DNA of 64,000 nucleotides from an uncultured Verrucomicrobiae bacterium (lineage in GTDB: Bacteria; Verrucomicrobiota; Verrucomicrobiia; Limisphaerales; Palsa-1400): contig CAVXRD010000004.1 of NCBI GenBank assembly GCA_963764165.1, positions 192,001 to 256,000 on the forward strand. The letters are read 5' to 3'. Each line of letters starts with the position of its first letter. Within the stretch, counting starts at the first letter, position 1. Positions 40,993 through 50,571 of the stretch are shown here, piece by piece. The position numbers were made by a program, and so were the translations under genes. The notes below the pieces were generated by a model. The model made no database searches and was not told the origin of the DNA. It saw only the letters and a program-made list of their open reading frames with translations.

Positions 40993-41922
40993 TCACTTGC
41001 CGAGGGTTGGAATCAAGCGCTCCGCAAGTTCGGCGGCGCCGTTCTGCAGGGCGGTCTTGGCGGCGACGTGCTCGGCCAGATCCACCGCGGAGCTGGTTTG
41101 GCGGTCAACACCAAGGATGGCGCCAGTGGCAATGTCACGCACTTTGATTTCGATGCGGGCGCGGCAGCTTTGGAGGTTGCCCTTGCGCATCCCCATCTCG
41201 CTGAAGGCTTCGCCGGTGATTTCTATTTCCGGCTTTTTCCCGGAAGCCTCATCCACAATTTCAAAGCCGCATTGCTGCAGCATGAGCGAAAGCTCGGTCT
41301 GCGCCGCCGGATCAATGACGTGCTGGCCGAAGTGCTGCTCGGGAATTTTAACCGACACGCTCGCCAGCTTCTTGCCCGCCAATTTTTTCTTGATCTCGGC
41401 GATGCGCTCCTCACGTGTCTGGACTTTGGCAACGAGCGTGTCCCCCTTCCCGACCACATCCGCCGCAATCTTTTTCGCAAGCTCGGCCGACATGTCGGTG
41501 ATGTCCGAGCCGGCTTTGCCATTGACGACTTCCCCGTAAACGCGGCTGGTTTCCGTGCCGATGATTTTTGCGACGATGACGAAACTTCCTCCTACCTTGA
41601 AGACGCGCCCCGTGACGAGAACCTTGGCTCCGGTCAGATTGCCGATTTTCGCGGCGCTGTCCGTGCTCACGGCTCCAGACAGCCCAAGTTCGTGCTCTCC
41701 CAGCACCTTTTCCAATTCCGCGCGCTCCACCATCATCAATTGCGGCTCGGCGGAAAGATTAGCGCCGACCAGGGCCGCAACCTTGGGGCCAAGATCGCGC
41801 ACCGCCTCGTCTTTCGATTCAAAATCGAAGACGGCCACGGAGTAAATGTCATTCGGGCCCGCGCGCAGGGCGAAGGCGGCGAGTGACGTCAATAATATAA
41901 TAACCCGGGCAAACAATTTCAT
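40993..41922 (-). CDS. CsgG/HfaB-family protein
   Basis: Signal peptide; VAVFDF, VERAELEKVLGE..L, AAKIG.LTGA..LVTG, plus a second related domain. Confidence 0.82.
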   Translation of the reverse strand: MKLFARVIILLTSLAAFALRAGPNDIYSVAVFDFESKDEAVRDLGPKVAALVGANLSAEPQLMMVERAELEKVLGEHELGLSGAVSTDSAAKIGNLTGAKVLVTGRVFKVGGSFVIVAKIIGTETSRVYGEVVNGKAGSDITDMSAELAKKIAADVVGKGDTLVAKVQTREERIAEIKKKLAGKKLASVSVKIPEQHFGQHVIDPAAQTELSLMLQQCGFEIVDEASGKKPEIEITGEAFSEMGMRKGNLQSCRARIEIKVRDIATGAILGVDRQTSSAVDLAEHVAAKTALQNGAAELAERLIPTLGK

Positions 41923-41930
41923 AATTTTTC

Positions 41931-42773
41931 CTATTTTTGTGACAGGTTCGGCAGCGCCGGGGGTTCCGGCATAAGCGCCAATTTGCAAAAGCGCAGCAAG
42001 TTTATCTGCGAGCGCGGATTGTCAAACAAATTAGCTACCAACTCCGGCTGCGCCACCACCACGGCAGTTCGATTTTGCGGCGCGACGTAATAAGACGGAG
42101 CCGCGGCATCCTCGTCCCGCGGCGCCCGCTGAATCCAGACCACCGGCGTCCCTTTTTTTGCCACGGCTCGAATGCGTTCGGCCAGGCCGTTCCATTCCGG
42201 ATCATCCGGCTCGCAAGAACCGATCAGCGCGAGTTTTCCAGAAAATCCGCTCAGTTCAGTTTCCCCCAGATCGATGAATTTAATTTCCGCCTGCTCGAAG
42301 GCCTGCTTGAACTGATGGTGCGGATCGAGCACGCCGAAATTCGCGCCGTCATCGCCCACCAGCAATTTCAATTCGTGCAGGAGGTTGGTCGGATAAACAA
42401 TCACTTCCGTATCGCCTGCGGTGTGACTCGCGGGATCCACCCATCGAATGAGCGCCTTGACGGCTTTCTCGACTTTCGGCATCTCTAGCGGCGCGGATTC
42501 GATAATGGTTTGACCCGCCAGCACGCTTAATTTCTTCCAATGCCGTTCGGCCAGCGGCGCCATTGTCGAAGAACTTGTCAAAAACAGCTTGATGCCCATC
42601 TCACCGCTAAAATCAGCATCGCCCGCATTATGGAAAACCGCTCTGACGCTCGCTTTGCTGCCGGCAAAAACGCACTGCGGTTCCGCGGACGGGACCACCT
42701 CAAGCTTGGGCTGCCCCGCCGCGCTCCAACAACCAAGCGCGATCAGCCATATGCCTGTTCTTGTGATAGTCAT
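41931..42773 (-). CDS. Exported hypothetical protein
   Basis: Signal-like N-terminus; ends 8 nt before the CsgG-like gene. Confidence 0.7.
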   Translation of the reverse strand: MTITRTGIWLIALGCWSAAGQPKLEVVPSAEPQCVFAGSKASVRAVFHNAGDADFSGEMGIKLFLTSSSTMAPLAERHWKKLSVLAGQTIIESAPLEMPKVEKAVKALIRWVDPASHTAGDTEVIVYPTNLLHELKLLVGDDGANFGVLDPHHQFKQAFEQAEIKFIDLGETELSGFSGKLALIGSCEPDDPEWNGLAERIRAVAKKGTPVVWIQRAPRDEDAAAPSYYVAPQNRTAVVVAQPELVANLFDNPRSQINLLRFCKLALMPEPPALPNLSQK

Positions 42774-42894
42774 TTCTGACCTGTATGACGGTTCCCGGAG
42801 GCCGAACCTTTGAGAAATAGGGAAAAATGAATCTGGAACTCACGAAATCAGGAAAAGACCGGCCGCAGATGGCAAGTGCCGCCAAAAGAAAGAA

Positions 42895-42960
42895 CCACAG
42901 ATGGACGCAGACCAACACTGATAAAATCAAAAACCTGTGTTGATCTGTGTGAATCTGTGG
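42895..42960. repeat. CACAGAT-type palindromic element, copy 2
   Basis: Similar to 20773-20837. Confidence 0.7.
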
Positions 42961-43202
42961 CATCCCCTTGTCCTCGCGCCTCTTGAGCCCTTGCGTCTAA
43001 AATCTCCCATTGCCCGAAAAGCGATTCGGGTGTGTTGATCAAAAACGGGCGAGGCGCAGATGAGATTTGGGTCGAATCACCTTGGGCGGAGGCGCGCGCG
43101 GCTCTGTTCGCATGGGCGCAACGGTGAAGAATCAGCCGCAGCCCCCCGCGATTAATCGGCCCGCTTTTCGGCTCAACGTGCTGCGGCTGGCCTGCAACGC
43201 AG

Positions 43203-43988
43203 TTAGGTGACCTGGTTGGGGTTTGATTTGGTGGACTTATGCCAGAGGCGGCGAAAGAAATTGCCGACCCGGGTTTGGTGTGCGCGGACCTTCTCTTCTT
43301 GTGCGCGGCGTTGTTCTTCCTGCGCACGGCGCTCCTCTTCCTGCGCCCGAGCCGCCTGATACGCGTGAAGCTGATGATTGATCAACAACCAGTCCACGCC
43401 GTAATTGTGGGCGAATTCGCGCATGGGCGCGGCGATGCGTTCCGGATAAAAAATGATGACGTCGTTCAAAACCAACAGGCGGTGGCCGGAACTCAGCGGG
43501 AGGAGCGCGCTTATGACTGAATGGAAATCCGGCCAGTCGGCGCACTCTTGCGGGCGCGGCGGGGCGGACAAATAAAGCCGCGCATCGTCAATAAGCACAA
43601 CGCTGTCTGAATACAGAGATTGCATCGCAGCCAGCTCTTGGAGAAGGGGACTTTGGTTGGTTTGGCCAGAAGCGTGTTCGGCTTGGCACCAGTGGGCGTC
43701 CAGCCAAAAGAAAACGGCTTGGCGGGAAAATTCTTCCTGGTGCTGCCGAAGGAACGAGGGCGAATCGCCCAGATGCAACTCAACGCCAGGCTGGTCTAGA
43801 AACCGTGCGCGCGCTTGGTTGAACAATTCCGGCGACATTTCAACTGAGCTGCATTTGGAAAAAAAACGAGAGGCAATCGCCAGCGAGTCGCCCTTGAATG
43901 TCCCCGTCTCAACAAACCGCTTAAGCGGCAGTTCCCGCGCCAGGAATTGCGCCAAATTTACGTCGAGAGAGAAAGAGATTGCGCCCAT
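43203..43988 (-). CDS. SAM-dependent methyltransferase-like protein with coiled-coil tail
   Basis: FVETGTFKGDS, GDS, FWLDAH, LIDDAR; AQEE.RR heptad repeats at the C-terminus. Confidence 0.75.
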   Translation of the reverse strand: MGAISFSLDVNLAQFLARELPLKRFVETGTFKGDSLAIASRFFSKCSSVEMSPELFNQARARFLDQPGVELHLGDSPSFLRQHQEEFSRQAVFFWLDAHWCQAEHASGQTNQSPLLQELAAMQSLYSDSVVLIDDARLYLSAPPRPQECADWPDFHSVISALLPLSSGHRLLVLNDVIIFYPERIAAPMREFAHNYGVDWLLINHQLHAYQAARAQEEERRAQEEQRRAQEEKVRAHQTRVGNFFRRLWHKSTKSNPNQVT

Positions 43989-43990
43989 AG

Positions 43991-44800
43991 TCAGGAAGCT
44001 TTGAAAATCCGCCCCAGTTTCTCCCGCAAACCGCCCGTCGTTTCTGGGGAACGCCGGGTCTCGGCAGCGGTGGGGCGAGGCAGGTTTGCGGTCACATTCA
44101 TGCTGAAAAGTTCTTGGGGAACAAAACAAGCGTCGTACCAGGCAAGCCAGCCGGTGGCAGTGTAATATTCGTTGAATTGCGCGCCGAGGAAATACTTCTC
44201 GTCTGCCAAAAACCGCGTGATTTCGAGGGGCGTAGCCTGTTTGACAAACCGGGGCGTGGCGAGCATTTCAACCACGATCCAAGGACGGCTGGTGCGCAGC
44301 GTCCTTGTCGCCCCCTGCAACACGCGCAGCTCGTTGCCTTGGGTGTCAACTTTGATCAAGCCGACGCGCTGGCTGAAATCCATCCCCGTCAGCAGTTCGT
44401 CCACGGTGGTTACGGCCACAGAATGCTCCTTGTGAGGGCCTGGCCGCTCATTTTGGTAGGCAAGCAACGAACCCGTGTATCGCTCCCCCTGGCAATAAAG
44501 TTTGGCGCTGCCAGCGTGATCCGAACAAGCCCTGGCTTCGATCCGGAAACGATTATCGGAGGCAAATCGCTCTCGCAGCTGGCTAAAACTTTCCGGATTC
44601 GGCTCAAGGAGAACGGCTTGGAGAAAGGGGCTATTCGGAGCCCCTGCAAAACGGAGGGCAAAGTCCCCTTGATAAGCGCCGATATCCAGCAAAAGCGGGC
44701 GCTCGCGGAAGAAGCAGTCATGATGAAAAATCTGGCTTTCCAGCCAGTCTTCCAACGACCCTCCAATATTCGGAAAGACGCAAGGAGAAGCAGCGTTCAC
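43991..44800 (-). CDS. FkbM-family methyltransferase
   Basis: LDIGAYQG, EPNP, IKVDTQGNELRVLQGA. Confidence 0.88.
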   Translation of the reverse strand: MNAASPCVFPNIGGSLEDWLESQIFHHDCFFRERPLLLDIGAYQGDFALRFAGAPNSPFLQAVLLEPNPESFSQLRERFASDNRFRIEARACSDHAGSAKLYCQGERYTGSLLAYQNERPGPHKEHSVAVTTVDELLTGMDFSQRVGLIKVDTQGNELRVLQGATRTLRTSRPWIVVEMLATPRFVKQATPLEITRFLADEKYFLGAQFNEYYTATGWLAWYDACFVPQELFSMNVTANLPRPTAAETRRSPETTGGLREKLGRIFKAS

Positions 44801-45657
44801 GATAAATAGCCCGCCTTCTTCATCATAACGCCAGCCTCGCGCAGAAACGCCTCCCGCACGACAGACGGCATTTCATCCTGGTGCGAGCCGGTCTGGCCGC
44901 GGCGGATAAACGATTTGTCTTTGGGGATTTGCGGATTTTCCCACGCAAAGGATGCCTCACGCATTTTCATGGCCCCGAAGGATGCGTTTTTCGCCGCATA
45001 TTCCAAGGCGGCGAGCTTGCAAGGCAAGCCCGCAAATTCACCAATGCGCAGCAATTGAGTCACGGGATCCTTTCTCAAGTCCTCATAACGGACCGTAATC
45101 ATTTGCGCGGAATGCGGATTGGCCAGCCATTGCGCAACGTGCTCATGCCATTTGCAGGGAAAGAGCTTGTCGCCCAGTTGAACCAGTTGAAGAAAATCAA
45201 GCTTCTCTCCGCATAGGGCTTCCAAATAGTGCCGGTAGGAGACCATTGCATCACGCCCATCCCGCAACAAATAGACAACCTTCCGATAACCTGGCTTCGG
45301 CAAACAGTGCGATTTGAAAAAAGTGACGGGGTAATAGCGCTTGTAGAATTTCTTAAAATGGACGTCCGGCGCCAAATCCTGGATCAGGGCGTCGGGTGCG
45401 ACTTGGAGATCAACGCCATAAAAAGCACCGGCCACCAAATATTGCATCCAAGTGTTCCCTGATTTGGGATAGCCGACGACGAAAACGTCGTCCTCTGCGA
45501 CTCGATCAATGGGTTGAAACCCCGTGGAGGAGCAGAATTCCGCGAAGCGGTCGGACAAACCCGCCGGGGGGGGCGGGGACGGAAGCGCTGGCGCCGACGA
45601 GGACGAGTCGCCCGCGAATACTCGCATTATCCGGCTAAAATGTTGTCTAGGTGTCAT
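44797..45657 (-). CDS. PAPS-dependent sulfotransferase
   Basis: YPKSGNTW (5'PSB), RDGRDAMVS (3'PB), RYEDL, RRG..G; start uncertain. Confidence 0.9.
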   Translation of the reverse strand: MTPRQHFSRIMRVFAGDSSSSAPALPSPPPPAGLSDRFAEFCSSTGFQPIDRVAEDDVFVVGYPKSGNTWMQYLVAGAFYGVDLQVAPDALIQDLAPDVHFKKFYKRYYPVTFFKSHCLPKPGYRKVVYLLRDGRDAMVSYRHYLEALCGEKLDFLQLVQLGDKLFPCKWHEHVAQWLANPHSAQMITVRYEDLRKDPVTQLLRIGEFAGLPCKLAALEYAAKNASFGAMKMREASFAWENPQIPKDKSFIRRGQTGSHQDEMPSVVREAFLREAGVMMKKAGYLS

Positions 45658-45793
45658 CAGTCGGGCAAACGATTCTGACTCGGTTCCTTGCAGGACGCAA
45701 GCCTGGCTCTGCCTTGTGAGGCAGAACACTACACTCAACGACGAAGTGTTTAAAGCGTTTTCAATGGCATTTTTAAGTCTTTTAAAAAAATTC

Positions 45794-46494
45794 GGTGTTA
45801 GTCCTCACTTTTGTTTTTGTTTTTCGCAGAAGGTTCGATACATGGCTCCAACTGCCCATGTGCAGATTCCGAGCTATCCATGCCAGCGTCATCGTCGTCT
45901 CGGCCCGCAACCGGCGGGCCAGCGCGACTTTGTCCTTGTCGCCCTTCCGGCGTTCTGTCAACTGCCGCTCGTCCCACTTCAGGCGCTTGAGTTCCTCCAC
46001 CACCAGGCGGCGGGCCCGCTCCTCGCCGCTCTCGGCGCGGTCGCTCCCGTAATGGTTCGCACCCGCCCGCCCCCCGGCTTCCGCCAGCAACTCCCGCCGG
46101 AATTCCTCGCTCCCCAGACACCAGCCGCGCCGAATCTGCTCTTGCTGCTCTTGGGTTTGCTCCGGTTGAACCGCTTGGTGTAAACCCCCAGCAGCCATTT
46201 CATGCCCGCCACCAAATTGGCCTCCGGTGTTTCAAAAACCAGGTGGAAGTGGTTGCGCATTAAACAATAAGCATGCACCTGCCAGAGAGTCTTTTGGCAG
46301 GCCTCGGCCAGAGTCGAGAGAAAAAGGCGCCGGTCCTCGTCGTCGCGAAAGATGTCTTCGCGGCGGTCCCCGCGATTCATGACGTGATAGACCGCCCCGT
46401 GATATTCCAGGCGCAATTGGCGCGGCATGGGCCCACCCTCTCACACCCAGCATTCACGGTCAAAACCATAGTGCAAATAGTGAGGACTGACACC
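45794..46494 (-). mobile_element. RAYT/Y1-transposase element copy 1, internally deleted
   Basis: IRs GGTGTTAGTCCTCACT / AGTGAGGACTGACACC; 701 bp versus ~1020 bp for the other copies; deletion junction at ~46163. Confidence 0.88.
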
Positions 46495-46599
46495 GGCTCA
46501 ATGATTTAAGGGTCAATTCATTGGATTGTCAATAAACGGACGTGAGAAAAAATGCATTTATCAGGCCAAGGCCCTGACTCAACGAGGCTATGGAATTCC

Positions 46600-46745
46600 A
46601 ATTGTATCCTCGCGTTGAAATAGCTGGTGGTTGTCTGAGGCGCCCCGCCAACGCTTCCCGGATTTGGCGTTGTCACGGACACCACCATGTCCGCATTGTT
46701 GAAGGTGTATGTCGTGCTCCCGTTGCGGGCGTCCCCCGCCGCGCC
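46600..46745 (-). pseudogene. Rhs/YD-repeat fragment
   Basis: DARNGSTTYTFNNADMVVSVTTP...TTTSYFN reads as a YD repeat. Confidence 0.55.
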
Positions 46746-46829
46746 TTCGCCCCAACTAATGTGTGACGCCCCTGCTTTAATGCTTGCGCATTTATTGTGA
46801 TGGCACCGCACTTGCAAAGGTTGGCTCGT

Positions 46830-47273
46830 TCAGTTCACGTCCTTGCTGCGGAAAAGAAATCCAATTATCGCAACTTGAGCCGTAACATATGCGCCTAACA
46901 AAAGGTTTGACAGCACGAACTCAGACCTAAACGTCCGAATCAGGTATTCTGAATCTTCCCGATACACATTGCACGCTACACCAATATAATTTCCCACCAG
47001 CAGTAAAATAATTAAATACTTTATCCAGCGTTTCTTCACCCAAGGCAGTCCGATCCCGATTACCGGCCAAACAAGGAATCCAAATGGCTCGGGGGAGGCA
47101 ACCAAGGCCCAAAATAATGAGCTGCCGTGACCAGCTCCGAACATAGCGATTCCCATCCAACCAAATCCCAAAGAAAATAGCGCGCCCGCGCCGCCCAATG
47201 CAATCGACAAAAAGACTTGTTTCTGTATCGGTTTTACCACAATTCTAGTAGGAATACGTTGGTGTCTCGCCAA
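46830..47273 (-). CDS. Small 4-TM protein, putative immunity protein
   Basis: Four hydrophobic segments, AT-rich, overlaps the 3' end of a truncated upstream ORF; start uncertain. Confidence 0.6.
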   Translation of the reverse strand: MARHQRIPTRIVVKPIQKQVFLSIALGGAGALFSLGFGWMGIAMFGAGHGSSLFWALVASPEPFGFLVWPVIGIGLPWVKKRWIKYLIILLLVGNYIGVACNVYREDSEYLIRTFRSEFVLSNLLLGAYVTAQVAIIGFLFRSKDVN

Positions 47274-47562
47274 AGCGCTGTTGAATGATCGATTGAATAT
47301 TCTGAATTCGTAATTTAAGATCTCCGGTTTGATTAAAAGCTCTGACTAGGTCACTCTTAACGGTACCTATTTGAAGGGGAGCGCAACAAGGGGAATCAGA
47401 AATTAGGTTGTAAATCGTTTGAGCCGCATCCCAAGCTTTGGGGACATCAGTATAGGGATAGTCCGGAGCATGCCCGCCGAGCTCCGCATCGGCGTGACCG
47501 AGGTATCCTGAGTCTCGTCCACGCCAGGAACCAGTGCGATAGTTTATCGGTTTGCTATTTTC
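47245..47562 (-). pseudogene. Start-less 3' gene fragment, putative polymorphic toxin C-terminus
   Basis: Open frame running from the element IR to a stop that overlaps the 4-TM gene; no start codon of its own. Confidence 0.45.
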
Positions 47563-48580
47563 GGTGTCAGTCCTCACTTTTTGCACTTTTTGTTTTTGTG
47601 TTTCGCAGAAGGTTCGATACATGGCTCCAACTGCCCATGTGCAGATTCCGAGCTATCCATGCCAGCGTCATCGTCGTCTCGGCCCGCAACCGGCGGGCCA
47701 GCGCGATTTTGTCCTTGTCGCCCTTCCGGCGTTCTGTCAACTGCCGCTCGTCCCACTTCAGGCGCTTGAGTTCCTCCGCCACCAGGCGCCGGGCCCGCTC
47801 CTCGCCGCTCTCGGCGCGGTCGCTCCCGTAATGGTTCGCCCCCGCCCGCCCCCCGGCTTCCGCCAGCAACTCCCGCCGGAATTCTTCGCTCCCCAAACAC
47901 CATCCGCGCCGAATCTGCTCATGCTGGTCTTGGGTTTGCTCTTCCTGCCGGCGCAGCTCCATTTGCCGCCCGAATTCCCGCCGCCCGGCCGCGCTGTCCT
48001 TGGGAATGCCTTTCTCCCCCAACAGCCGGTCCACCCGCAGCCAGGCCGGACGCTCCTTGGGCGGTTTGAGATATTCCCCGAAGCTGCTCCAGAGAAAGCT
48101 TTCCAGAGGCGCTTCCGGAGACAGCACCCTGGCCCGCACGGGATTAAGATGCACATAATCGCAAACGGTGCGCAAATAGCCGTGGCCGCTGCCATCGACG
48201 ATGAGCGCCTTGTAGCGCCCCGCAAAGAGGTGCCCGCACCACTTGTGCCGGATGTTGAACCGCTTGGTGTAAACCCCCAGCAGCCATTTCCTGCCCGCAA
48301 CCAAATTGGATTCCGGTGTTTCAAAGATCACGTGGAAGTAGTTGCGCATTAAACAATAAGCATGCACCTGCCAGAAAGTCCTCTGGCAGGCCTCGGCCAG
48401 GGTGGAGAGAAAAAGCCGCCGGTCTTCATCATCGCGAAAGATGTCTTCGCGGCGGTCCCCGCGATTCATGACGTGATAGACCGCCCCGCGATATTCCAGG
48501 CGCAATTGGCGCGGCATGCTGCCAACCCTCTCACACCGAGCATTCACGGTCAAAACCAAAGCGCAAATAGTGAGGACACC
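47563..48580 (-). mobile_element. RAYT/Y1-transposase element copy 2
   Basis: IR GGTGTCAGTCCTCACTTTTTGCAC; right end GCAAATAGTGAGGAC-ACC followed by tandem repeats. Confidence 0.9.
47567..48517 (-). CDS. REP-associated tyrosine transposase-like (Y1, HUH) protein with C-terminal HTH
   Basis: MPRQLR..Y.GAVYHVMNRGDRREDIF, YCLMRN(Y)FH, YVHLNPVRA, WSS; first HUH His is Tyr in this copy. Confidence 0.88.
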   Translation of the reverse strand: MPRQLRLEYRGAVYHVMNRGDRREDIFRDDEDRRLFLSTLAEACQRTFWQVHAYCLMRNYFHVIFETPESNLVAGRKWLLGVYTKRFNIRHKWCGHLFAGRYKALIVDGSGHGYLRTVCDYVHLNPVRARVLSPEAPLESFLWSSFGEYLKPPKERPAWLRVDRLLGEKGIPKDSAAGRREFGRQMELRRQEEQTQDQHEQIRRGWCLGSEEFRRELLAEAGGRAGANHYGSDRAESGEERARRLVAEELKRLKWDERQLTERRKGDKDKIALARRLRAETTMTLAWIARNLHMGSWSHVSNLLRNTKTKSAKSED

Positions 48581-48617
48581 GGCGATGACACCGGCGATGA
48601 CACCGGCGAATGACACC
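48575..48617. repeat. Tandem 12-bp repeat GACACCGGCGAT at the element end
   Basis: GACACC at 48575, 48587, 48599 and 48612. Confidence 0.9.
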
Positions 48618-48641
48618 TGCGAACGGATTCTTTTTCGACGA

Positions 48642-49370
48642 TTATCTGCTTCGATTTGTAACTGTCCCAGCGCTGTTGGTGTCTTCGCTGATATTCTGCA
48701 TCTTCTTCCAAGCCTCGACCATCTTTTCCCAATTACGACGATCGTGCTTTTTTTTCGCGTCCATTCCTGTCCAGAAATAGCGATAAAAATCGGTTCCCAT
48801 GTCTAACGTCGGCGGCAGGCATTCAACTCGGCCAGCGTGAAACTCCTTCAACTGACTTTCAATTCGATTAAACAAGTTTGTTGTCTCCGAACCGATAGGC
48901 GAATGATACTCTTCGCGCAAGACAAAGTTGAAGTGCGGAGACAGTCCATACGAGTTGCCAGTGGTTTCGGACTCTGTCGGAGTTACAACGATTCTCGTTC
49001 CGCCAAGGTCGGCTGCCTCAGCTCGAATTTCGAAACCTTCATCGTAAGCAACCCACTTTGTTCCTTGTTTAAGAAGTCTGAGAGGCATTGGGCCAATGCC
49101 GAGATTCCAAACATTCGTTTGGGGCACCGCTACTCTGGTTTGACCTGACACCACATAATTATAAGGGAACTCCGAAAGGCGTTTCCCGTGGTACGTGCCG
49201 CTTTCGAAGGACTTTTTGATCGCCACTACAACGTTCGGTAGGCTGTCTGTCACTATTAATGAACTGGCCCTGAATTCACTTTCGCTAGCGTTGCACTCTG
49301 AGAATTCTACTCCAAATATGATAGAGATAGTCAAAAAGAAGCAGCCCGCCTTGAGCACCCTAGTTATCAT
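48642..49370 (-). CDS. Exported hypothetical protein, AT-rich, putative immunity protein
   Basis: GGAGG SD at 49376-49380 and signal-like N-terminus MITRVLKAGCFFLTISIIFG. Confidence 0.65.
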   Translation of the reverse strand: MITRVLKAGCFFLTISIIFGVEFSECNASESEFRASSLIVTDSLPNVVVAIKKSFESGTYHGKRLSEFPYNYVVSGQTRVAVPQTNVWNLGIGPMPLRLLKQGTKWVAYDEGFEIRAEAADLGGTRIVVTPTESETTGNSYGLSPHFNFVLREEYHSPIGSETTNLFNRIESQLKEFHAGRVECLPPTLDMGTDFYRYFWTGMDAKKKHDRRNWEKMVEAWKKMQNISEDTNSAGTVTNRSR

Positions 49371-49463
49371 AGCCACCTCCATGCCTTTTGTCCACTCCGT
49401 AGGTAAAGAAATCAGCAGGGAATGGATCGCCGCCACAAGCCATGCACTTAAAATATTGTTTTC

Positions 49464-50480
49464 GGTGTCAGTCCTCACTTTTTGCACTTTTTCTTTTTTG
49501 TTTTTCGCAGAAGGTTCGATACATGGCTCCAACTGCCCATGTGCAGATTCCGAGCTATCCATGCCAGCGTCATCGTCGTTTCGGCCCGCAACCGGCGGGC
49601 CAGCGCGATTTTGTCCTTGTCGCCCTTCCGGCGTTCTGTCAACTGCCGCTCGTCCCACTTCAGGCGCTTGAGTTCCTCCGCCACCAAGCGGCGGGCCCGC
49701 TCCTCGCCGCTCCCGGCGCGGTCGCTCCCGTAATGGTTTGCCCCCGCCCGCCCCCCGGCTTCCACCAGCAACTCCCGCCGGAATTCTTCGCTCCCCAAAC
49801 ACCAGCCGCGCCGAATCTGCTCATGCTGGTCTTGGGTTTGCTCCTGCCGGCGCAGCTCCATCTGCCGCCCGAATTCCCGCCGCCCAGCCGCGCTGTCCTT
49901 GGGAATGCCTTTCTCCCCCAACAGCCGGTCCACCCGCAGCCAGGCCGGACGCTCCTTTGGCGGTTTGAGATATTCCCCGAAGCTGCTCCAGAGAAAGCTG
50001 TCCAGCGGCGCTTCTGGAGACAGCAGCCTGGCCCGCACGGGATTCAGATGCACGTAATCGCAAACGGTGCGCAAATAGCCGTGGCCGCTGCCATCGACGA
50101 TGAGCGCCTCGCAGCGACCCGGAAAGAGGTGCCTGCACCACTTGTGCCGGATGTTGAACCGCTTGGTGTAACGCCCAGCAGCCATTCATGCCCGGAACCA
50201 AATTGGATTCCGGTGTTTCAAAGATCAAGTGGAAGTGGTTGCGCATTAAACAATAAGCATGCACCTGCCAGAGAGTCTTTTGGCAGGCCTCGGCCAGAGT
50301 CGAGAGAAAAAGGCGCCGGTCCTCGTCGTCGCGAAAGATGTCTTCGCGGCGGTCCCCGCGATTCATGACGTGATAGACCGCCCCGCGATATTCCAGGCGC
50401 AATTGGCGCGGCATGCCGCCACCCTCTCACACCCAGCATTCACGGTCAAAACCAAAGTGCAAATAGTGACGACTGACACT
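49464..50480 (-). mobile_element. RAYT/Y1-transposase element copy 3, frameshifted
   Basis: IRs GGTGTCAGTCCTCACTTTTTGCAC / GTGCAAATAGTGACGACTGACAC; the ORF is split at ~50170-50190 (ORFs 49821..50414 and 49475..50185). Confidence 0.88.
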
Positions 50481-50571
50481 TGCGCTCCGATACCGCCAGT
50501 TGGCCCAAGCTCTGCGTCCAGCTTGATTTCCGTCGTAAGCTGCGCGTGCATAGTCGGCTCGCACAGCTCAC

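Noticed and set aside
40993..41922. Curli biogenesis locus
   Set aside because: No curlin-repeat subunits or CsgE/CsgF are present, so the csgG symbol was not assigned.
48575..48617. Possible CRISPR array
   Set aside because: 12-bp units without unique spacers and no cas genes in the window.
48642..49802. 386-aa ORF as one gene
   Set aside because: Its N-terminal part is an alternative frame of RAYT copy 3; the SD-supported start is at 49370.
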